Shown: piece by piece, positions 11,180 to 20,702 of the stretch
Position numbering within the stretch: the stretch's first letter is position 1
Layout: each line of letters starts with the position of its first letter
Source: Heptranchias perlo
Taxonomy: Eukaryota
Assembly (NCBI RefSeq): GCF_035084215.1
Contig: NC_090346.1
Coordinates: forward strand, 18,414,001 to 18,478,000
DNA length: 64,000 nt
Direction: 5' to 3'
Made by a program: the position numbers and the translations under genes
The notes under the pieces: generated by a model
The model's input: the letters and a program-made list of their open reading frames with translations, nothing else
The model's database searches: none
Told to the model about the DNA's origin: nothing

Positions 11180-14100
11180 TCACTTCCTATTAGCATTCCT
11201 TTGTTTTCTGTCACTAGACAGCAAAAGATAAAAGGGAACAGTGCTGCATATCAACTCTGGCCATGTTCAACAGTGAGCGGAGCCAGAGAGCCTCAGCCAT
11301 GCAGTGGATCACAGGGAAAAGGCGAGCTGATCACACGCGGCCCCGAGCCGTGTACCACCGTTCTGCAGGAAAGTCAGCTTCTTTTTAAAAAAAAAGACAC
11401 CAAATTCATTTGTTCTGACTGGATAGCTCTTTCAATTAAGTGTTAGGATCCTAGTCAGTAAGACTGCATACACTCTGCAGCAGCCCTGCAATACAGAAAG
11501 TGCTTACTCCTGCAACATATCTCATCTGAGAAATATGTGGAACAAATACCACAGATGATTACACAATAATTGCCTTTCTCTGCCAGAGTGCACTGATCAT
11601 TGTGGGAATTAAAAACTTGGGCAAAGTGGATTCCAAAAGGACATACTTCGTGTTGTACAGCTGTATTTCTCCTACAATCCTGACATGCAAACCACAAAAT
11701 AGCTTACAGTTAAGAATCTTTATTTCACCAACTTTTAAAAAATAAATATTGTACAGGAGATAGCAATGAACACAGTTATTAGCTGCATGTCAGTACAGAC
11801 AAGTGTCAACAATCTCCCAGATTGTCCGCGAGTCTCCAGGAATGGAGGTCTGATCTCCCAGGCACTGCTGCTAGCACCCAGGAGAAAAGTACTTCACATT
11901 TGGGGTTTGCACCTATACGCCAGCTTGCTTTCACTTCTCGCAGGTAGGAGGCGGACCCAAACTGCAATCAGGGAACTTACAGTAATAATTCAATTTATTG
12001 AAAAATTCCAAATAAAATGAAAATAAATTAAAACAATTTCAATTTTAAAACCTCAAGTTTACCAAAGCACGAGCAGGACGGTCGGTAGCTGTGACGTTAT
12101 ACATGGTTTCTGCTATCCAGTGTACCCAGTGTGGTGCCGGGCTCCGGGGCTCTCAGGTTTCTATTTATTGTGTTACGGGCTCCGCCTTGGACTTCCTGCT
12201 CCAAACAGGACTCTCCCCAGCCATGACCATAGTATCCCATTCGTAATTCTGGGGTTAATGGTGGGTGTCCCTACCCAGGATGCAGTGCTCTAGAAAATGC
12301 TCTATCCATTTTTGAGGAAACCAGTGGGCAGTTGCAGAAGGGGCTCTTTGGTATCAACTGGTGAATTTAGTAACTCATTCTAAATTTTCCTGTAATGGAG
12401 GCAAAGAGCTGTGTTCTGATTTGACATTAATATTTCTTGCTATCAAAATTCAAATTTGCAGGAGGCAAAATTAGAAGGCAATTTGTACTCTGGAAACTGG
12501 GGAGAAAATTAGTTCTTCTGAAAGTTTAAACTCGCTTCTAGAAATAATCAAGGACAGCAAAAGGGCTAATACAGCTGATTCGACTACAGTCCACTGGAGA
12601 TAGGCTCTTCCTCACTCCTGCAACTGGACTAGACTGGTTGTATCCACAAATACAGCTGGGAGTTTGCGTGCAGAATGAAGCTGGTACTCTCTACGGTGAT
12701 ATGATCCTACACACATTGGCTGGCTTGATCTGTTTAAATCACATTTTATATATATATTTTTTAATATATTATATATATATTTTAAAAAAAACATAATTTG
12801 GCTTTGGTTTTACTTGCTAAACAAGTTAGAAGAGTGAAAATGGATCAACTACCTGTCACCCAGTTATCAGGAAGATCCAGGCATAGTTCCAATGCTTTTA
12901 GGAAGTTGTTTTGTTTGAAAAGAGAAAGCTCCTTCCACACAACTGTTTACAAAAGGTATGGGAAATGAATATTTAATGCAAGTTGCATCTTGAAAGCCGG
13001 AAATGATTGAGCTATCAGATAGTTCCCACGAGAAATTCTCTTAATAGATATGTTTTTCAATTAACATTATTGTTTAAACAAGTCTTCAGAAGTTTAATGC
13101 TTCACTGGATATATTAACATGAAATGAGCATTAGATTTAAAAAGGGTTGTTTTAATGGATCGGAGTGGGGGCCCCAGAATGTTCTTGGTGCTCAAGGCCC
13201 CAAGAATTCTTAACAGGGTTCTGTTGGTAAGTGCGCACTGAAAAGGCTGACAGTGGGCAGAGATTTCTGTTAATTGCTGAGCCAAGTGTCAGACATGGAA
13301 AAACAGAGTTCAGGGGTTTCCTCTCAAATGGAAGTTAGATGAAAGTGTTTACCTAAGCAATAACATTTGCAAACTGTGGACAAGTGCCATGTGCTCAAAC
13401 CTCCAGCAATATGTCCAGCCAGAGTTGGCAACCCTAGTACAGACCCTCGGAACACTAGATGATTCTTCTCCTCCTTAGCTCGGAAACACTGAAGCCAATT
13501 GTAATGTCCCAACTGCTGTCCTGGGTGAGATCAATTAATACAACATAGATCAGCGATTGAACATTGGATCTTCCTGTGAGAATGGCTCAGTATTATAGCA
13601 GCTGCATTTATCCAGAGCATTTGGAGGAGAGGGAGGAACCCTTGTATGTCATTTTGATTTGTTTGCACATCTTCACAGAAATTCCTATGGCTTCTTAAAG
13701 AAATGTACTTCATAAGTTAACTTAGTCCATTTTACCCAACATTCAAGGTAGAGAGCAATTCATTTTTATATATAAATTTTGTAATTTCACAATTTGCAGA
13801 GTAGGACTTCACAGGAAATAGCAGTGAACAAAAAAAATAACAGGTCACATCTTTAATAAAGAAACACAACACAATGGTCTACCTTGACAGCTCAGCTCAG
13901 CTGCTTCAGTTAATCAATTGTAAAGTACCACAGACCAGGAAGGTCCCACGTTCAATACCTGATCTGTGCCAAGTGACTATTCTCAATCATTATGTGAGTT
14001 AACTCACATGTAATACTTAAGTATTAGCTAATCGCAGCCACGCAGTCAGGGTGCTACAGGTGGCCTCAACAACTCTGGATTAGGGAGGGTAAAATCAGCC

Positions 14101-14429
14101 AGCATTCCGACTCTTTTCCAGGGACCAGTGCACACGTGAATGTCAGGCGAAGAAAGAATCGGGCCTGGCCACGATCACCAAAATATACACGCGTAAACAT
14201 ACCACCCCCTGCACTCAACAGCTAAAGACGCATCCCTAAATATCCAAGGCAATGAAAAGAGTAGAAAGGATGGCATCCTCTATAACCTAACTATTCTTTC
14301 CAAAAGCAAAGAATAGGAAGTATAGAAGAGGTAAGACAACCCAGCACCACTCTGGAGAACTCAAATCTGAATCAAGAGAAGTAACTTTTTAAATTTTTCT
14401 CTGGATCTGACCATCACTGAAAAGGAGGT

Positions 14430-15740
14430 AGTAGCAGGACATTTGGAGACTCGTAATACAATCAAGGAGAGTCAACATGGTTTTATGAAGGGGAAATAGT
14501 GTCTGACAAATTTATTAAGAGTTCTTTGAGGAAGTAACGGCCAGGGTGGATAAAGGGGAACCAATGGATGCAGTATATTTGGATTTCCAAAAGGCATTCG
14601 ATAAGGTGCCACATAAAAGATTACAGCAGAAGATAAGAGCTCATGGTGTTGGGGGTAATATACTGGCATGGATAGAGGATTGGCTAACTAACAGAAAACA
14701 AAGAGTCGGGATAAAAGGGTCATTTTCAAAATGGCAATCTGTAACTAGTGGGGTGCTGCAGGGATCAGTGCTGGGGCCTCAACTATTTACAATATATATC
14801 AATGACTTGGATGAAGGAAGAGTGTGTCTTGTGGCCAGATTTGCTGATGATACAAAGATAGGTGGAAAAGCAAATTGCGATGAGGACACAGTGTCTGCAA
14901 AGGGATATTGACAGGTTAAGCGAATGGACATAAATTTGGCAGATGGAATATAATGTGGGAAAATGTGAAGTCATCCACTTTGGGAGGAAAAATAAAAAAG
15001 GAAAATATTATTTGAATGGAGAAATACTACGGTACAGAGGGAGCTGGGTGTCCTCGTACATGAAACACAAAAAGTCAACATACAGGTGCATCAGGTAATC
15101 CAGAAGGCAAACGGAATATTGGCCTTTATTTCTAGGGGGATGGAGTATAAAAGCAGGGAAGTCATGCTACAACTGTACAGGGTGTTCGTGAGACCACACC
15201 AGGAGTACTGCGTACAGTTCTGGTGCCCTTATTTAAGGAAGGACATACTTGCATTGGAGGCAGTTCAGAGAAGGTTCACTAGGTTGATTCCGGGTATGGA
15301 AGGGTTGTCTTGTGAGGAAAGATTGAACAGGTTGGGTCTATACTCATTGGAGTTTAGAAGAATGAGAGGAGATCTTATTGAAACATACAAGATTCTGAGG
15401 GGACTTGATAGGGTAGATGCTGAGAGGATGTTACCCCTCATGGGGAACCTAAAACTAGGGGGCATAGTCTCAAAATAAGGGGTCGCCCGTTTAAGATGGA
15501 AATGAGGAGGAATTTCTTCTCCCAGAGGGTCGTGAATCTTTACCCCAAAAAGCTGTGGAGGCTGAGTCATTGAATACATTCAAGGCTGAGTTAGAAAATT
15601 TTTGATCAGCAAGGGAGTCAAAGGATACGGGGAAAAGGCGGGAAAGTGGAGTTGAGGTAAAAATCAGATCAGCCATGATCTCAATGAATGGTGGAGCAGG
15701 GTCGAGGGGCTGAATGGCTGACTCCTGCTCCTATCTCTTA
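14430..15740 (+). mobile_element. 5'-truncated CR1 LINE (RT domain to 3' UTR), with stops and frameshifts
   Basis: [60 protein letters not shown]. Confidence 0.92.
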
Positions 15741-17258
15741 TGGCATTTATCGCCCATCCCTAGTTGCTCGAGAAAGTGGTGGTGGGCCGTCTTCTTGAAC
15801 CGCTGCAGTCCATGTGGCGAGGGTGCTCTCACAATGCTACTTGGTAGGAAGTTCCAGGATTTTGACCCAGCGACAATGAAGGAACGGTGATGAAGGAACG
15901 GTGATAAACGTCCAAGTGAGGATGGAGTTGGCAAAAAACTGGAGAAAAATGTTTTCATCGTGCCCAATTAAGAGATTGACAGTTCTCCATCTTGGGGGAG
16001 AAGCGAGAGAAAGTTGTTGGATCCTGGTGAAGCATTTCCTCAGAAGAATGTGTCACCATTGCTGACCAGTGTTGGGATGTTGTTTGGAAGATCAACTTGC
16101 ATAATTCACATGCAATGATTCTGGAGCAGCAGGTTTCCCTTGGGACGACTGATGTGGAAATTAAAAAAAACAAACATTCTAGAAAGCAGGCTTGCAAGAA
16201 AGTCTGGTGAAAAACACCCTGGTTATTAATGAGGATTGTCTGTAGGAAGTTAATAACTAGATTCCATGCTGCATGGTTGGTTTGTTGAGGCACACATTGA
16301 CTGCCACTGGATAATTATCAATTCAGTCAAAACTTCACAGAACTCTTCAGAATCTGGTGGTTTTCCATCTCAGACTGCCATTGCATATTTGTCGATTCCA
16401 TAGTCTGCAACCAGTTCCATACCTTAACACAAACTTGGTATAGTCTCAAGAGCAAAATAGGGACTAATCTGAAGATAATATAATGTAACGCCTAATGAAT
16501 GCATATTTGTAAGAAAAACCTCAGGACAATTAATTTAATCCTTACAGCAGGACGGTGCCATTTTTCAGATGAGTCATTAAACCAACGTCTCACCTGCCTC
16601 CTCAGGTGGATGCAAAAGATTCCATGGCACTATTCAAAGAGCAGGATGTTCTCCTGGGGTCCTAACCAACATTTCTCCCTTAACCACCACCAAACGATTA
16701 TTTGCTCATTCAATCACTGTTTGGGGGACATTTGTAATGCACAAATTGGCTGCTGCGTTTGTCTACATAACAATAGTTACTGCATTTTCAAAGTTGTGAA
16801 GCACTTTAGGACACCTTGAGAAAGTGGTGAATTGCTAAATAAATGCAATCCCTTTCCTTCATTTCAAGTACGAATCACTGCGCTCACCATTTCAAACAGC
16901 TTAGGTGAATAAATTTTCACCTGCCTCACGATGATCTGAAATTCCAATGATCTAAAAGTTATTGCACCTGCCTCAAACTAGCTCTTCCATTCTTTCCACT
17001 GGAGTCTCACTACGAGTTTGAACTGACTAAACTAACTCCATATCACTACAAAGTTTAAGTGAAGTCATTTTTAGAACTAATCTTTTCTCAATTTGTTGGC
17101 ACTTTTAACCCCAGTCCTACCCCAAACTATTAGGATGGACAATTTGCTGCAAGTCATTTGTCAATGACACTCAGTATGCACAAGGACAGCCTACTTAAAG
17201 TATGGCTCCATTTATCCCTGCAAGAAAGCAGCTTGCCTTTGCTACCCAACTCCAAGTA

Positions 17259-17433
17259 TAAACAATTTTACAACACCAAGTTATAGTCCAGCAATTTTAT
17301 TTTAAATTCACAAGCTTTCGGAGAAAATCTCCGAAAGCTTGTGAATTTAAAATAAAATTGCTGGACTATAACTTGGTGTTGTAAAATTGTTTACAATTGT
17401 CAACCCCAGTCCATCACCGGCATCTCCACATCA
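17259..17433 (+). mobile_element. 175-bp fold-back Penelope-like element remnant (second subfamily): 66-bp inverted repeat plus tail, 10-12-bp TSD
   Basis: 17259-17324 pairs with 17328-17393. Tail ...ccccagtccatcaccggcatctccacatca. TSD caactccaagta at 17247-17258 and 17434-17445. Confidence 0.88.
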
Positions 17434-18350
17434 CAACTCCAAGTAAGCAAGCAGTAGAGGAAACCAAAGCCAAATGATACCATATTAAGTTTCCATGTCT
17501 AGCTTTTGAAACAAGATGATGGAAGATGATAGAAATATAGGAATGCAGTTGTTAAAGGGGATTCAATAGTCAGGGGGGCAGACAGGCGTTTCTGCAAGCA
17601 CTGAAGTAAGCCTTCATGGTGTGTTGCCTCCCTGGTGCCAGGGTAAAAGACATCACAGAGGGTGCAGGACATTTTGTGGAGGGGGGAGGGAAATAGCCAC
17701 AAGTCATGGTCCATGTGGGAACCAATGACATAGAAAGGGAAAGGGTCGAGGTCCTGCAGTCAAGAGCTTCAGGAGCTAGGGAGTTAAAAAGCAGGACTTC
17801 AAAAAGGTAGTAATTTCGATTACTCCCAGTGCTATACGCTAGTGAGTGTAGGAACAGTAGGATAAGACAGGTTAACAAATGGCTAGATAAACAGTGCAGG
17901 AGGGAGGGCTTCACATTCCTGGGTTATTGGGACCAGTTCTGGGGAAGGGGGGTGGATCTGTTCAAGATGTATGGGTTGCACCTTAACAGAGCTGGGACCA
18001 ATGTCCTCGCAGGGAGGTCAACAAGTGCTGTGGGGGATGGGCACTGGCACCAGGATGAAACATTAGAGAGGAGATTCAAGGTACACAGAAGGCTGGGAGA
18101 CAACAACAGCACTAGAATAAAGAACAGTTCAGAAATAGGAGGGATCAGACAGGGGGCAAATGCAAAGCAGTCTAAAATGAGTTTGGAGTGCTTTTGCATA
18201 AATGCATGGAGCGTGGTAAATAAGGTTGGTGATTTGCAGGCACACGTCGCCATTGGGGACTGTGATTTAGTGGTAATAACAGAGACCTGGCTCAAAAAAT
18301 GTAAGGAATCTTACAACACCAGGTTATAGTCCAACAGTTTTATTTGAAAA

Positions 18351-18387
18351 TCACAAGCTTTCGGAGATTATCTCCTTCGTCAGGTGA
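18351..18387 (-). ncRNA. Minimal (type I, dimer-type) hammerhead ribozyme motif in the PLE terminal repeat
   Basis: The minus strand reads UCAC-CUGACGA-A-GGAG-AUAAU-CUCC-GAAA-GCUU-GUGA: core boxes CUGANGA and GAAA, stem II GGAG/CUCC, stem I UCAC/GUGA, palindromic AAGCUU in place of stem III. There is one extra A after the first box. Confidence 0.7.
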
Positions 18388-18558
18388 GTGAATGAAAGAA
18401 GTTCTCAAATCGCATATCTTATATTAGGCTGGGACACCATCACACCAATCAAAGGTGTCGTTGGTGTTCAGACAGGTTAGCCACGGAAAACAGTAGGTCC
18501 CAGTATACTGAATACACAATGGATCAAATTACACAGACAAGAGAGAGAAAGAGACCCG

Positions 18559-18564
<6 letters not shown>

Positions 18565-18623
<59 letters not shown>
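18565..18623. repeat. (GA)n microsatellite inside the left PLE arm
   Basis: A pure AG dinucleotide run; the equivalent site in the right arm (~20485) is only a short (CT)n. Confidence 0.95.
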
Positions 18624-18630
<7 letters not shown>

Positions 18631-19689
18631 AGGATGTCCAGTTGTATTAAAAACAGAACTTTTTTTTCTGCTGGTGGGGTTACGTGTAGCGTGACATGAA
18701 CCCAAGATCCCGGTTGAGGCCATCCTCACGGGTGCGGAACTTGGCTATCAATTTCTGCTCGACGATTTTGCGTTGTCGTGTGTCTCAAAGGCCGCCTTGG
18801 AGAACACTTACCCGAAGATCGGTGGCCAAATGTCCTTGACTGCTAAAGTTTTCCTCGACTGGGAGGGAACCCTCCAGTCTGGCGATTGTTGCGCGGTGTC
18901 CGTTCATCCGTTGTTGCAGTGTCTGCATGGTCTCGCCAATGTACCATGCTCCGGGGCATCCTTTCCTGCAACGTATGAGGTAGACAACGTTGGCCGAGTC
19001 ACAGGAGTATGAACCACATACCTGGTGGGTGGTGTCCTCTCGTGTGATGGCGGTATCTGTGTCGATGATCTGGCATGTCTTGCAGAGGTTGCCGTGACAG
19101 GGTTGTGTGGTGTCGTGGATGCTGTTCTCCTGAAAGCTGGGTAATTTGCTGCGAACGATGGTCTGTTTGAGGTTGGGTGGCTGTTTGAAGGCGAGTAGTA
19201 GAGGCATGGGGGTGGCCTTAGCGAGGTGTTCGTCGTCATCGATGACATGTTGAAGGATGCGGAGAACATGGCGTAGTTTCTCCGCTCCGGGGAAGTACTG
19301 GACGACGATGGGTACTCTGTTGGTTGCGTCCCGTGTTTGTCTTCTGAGGAGGTCAATGCGATTCTTCGCTGTGGCCCGTCGGAACTGTCGATCGACAAGT
19401 CGAGCGTCATATCCCGATCTTACGAGGGCGTCTTTCAGCGTCTGTAGGTGTCCATCGCGTTCCTCCTCGTAGGGCCTGTCCGTAGGGGATGGCCTCTTTG
19501 ACGTGGTTAGGGTGGAAGCTGGAAAAGTGGAGCATCGTGAGGTTGTCCATGGGTTTGCGGTAGAGTGAGGCGCTGAGGTGCCCGTCTTTGATGGAGATTT
19601 GTGTGTCCAAGAAAGAAACCGATTCTGAGGAGTAGTCCATGGTGAGTTTGATGGTGGGATGGAACTTGTTGATATTATCGTGTTATCTC

Positions 19690-20433
19690 GTAAGAACGAG
19701 ATATGACGCTCGACTCATCGATCGACAGTTCCGACGGGCCACAGTGAAGAATCGCATAGACCTCCTCAGAAGACAAACACGGGACACAACCAACAGAGTA
19801 CCCATCGTTGTCCAGTACTTCCCCGGAGCGGAGAAACTACGCCATGTTCTCCGCAGCCTTCAACATGTCATCGATGACGACGAACACCTCGCTAAGGCCA
19901 TCCCCATGCCTCCACTACTCGCCTTCAAACAGCCACCCAACCTCAAACAGACCATTGTTCGCAGCAAATTACCCAGCTTTCAGGAGAACAGCGTCCACGA
20001 CACCACACAACCCTGCCACGGCAACCTCTGCAAGACATGCCAGATCATCGACACAGACACCACCATCACACGAGAGGACACCACCCACCAGGTACATGGT
20101 TCATACTCCTGTGACTCGGCCAACGTTGTCTACCTCATACGTTGCAGGAAAGGATGCCCCGGAGCATGGTACATTGGCGAGACCATGCAGACACTGCGAC
20201 AACGGATGAACGGACACCGCGCAACAATCGCCAGACAGGAGGGTTCCCTCCCAGTCGGGGAACACTTCAGCAGTCAAGGACATTCAGCCATCGATCTTCG
20301 GGTAAGCGTTCTCCAAGGCGGCCTTCGAGACACACGACAACGCAAAATCGTCGAGCAGAAATTGATAGCCAAGTTCTACACCCATGAGGACGGCCTCAAC
20401 CAGGATCTTGGGTTCATGTCACGCTACACGTAA
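19690..20433 (+). pseudogene. Uninterrupted C-terminal part of the Penelope-like ORF (linker with CxxCxxC and GIY-YIG endonuclease); lacks a native start
   Basis: PCHGNLCKTC...SCDSANVVYLIRCRKGCPGAWYIGET.QTLRQRMNGHR...VGEHF...EQKLI..F.T...GLN are typical PLE endonuclease motifs. The N-terminus given in the ORF track is fortuitous antisense sequence from the other arm. Confidence 0.88.
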
Positions 20434-20665
20434 CCCCACCAGCAGAAAAAAAAGTTATCCGTTTTTAATACAACTGGACATTCGCTCTCTCTCTGCCTTT
20501 CGGGTCTCTTTCTCTCTGTCTGTGTAACTTGACCCATTGTGTATTCAGTATACTGGGACCTACTGTTTTCCGTGGCTAACCTGTCTGAACACCAACGACA
20601 CCTTTGATTGGTGTGATGGTGTCCCAGCCTAAGATATGCGATTTGAGAACCTCTCATTCACTCAC

Positions 20666-20702
20666 TCACCTGACGAAGGAGATAATCTCCGAAAGCTTGC
20701 GA
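20666..20702 (+). ncRNA. Second copy of the minimal hammerhead motif (stem I weakened, GUGA>GCGA)
   Basis: tcac-ctgacga-a-ggag-ataat-ctcc-gaaa-gctt-gcga. Confidence 0.6.

Noticed and set aside
15920-16460. Unique-looking block with a 112-aa minus-strand ORF
   Set aside because: The frames I translated gave no recognisable motif, and most are interrupted. Possibly an old repeat; not supportable.
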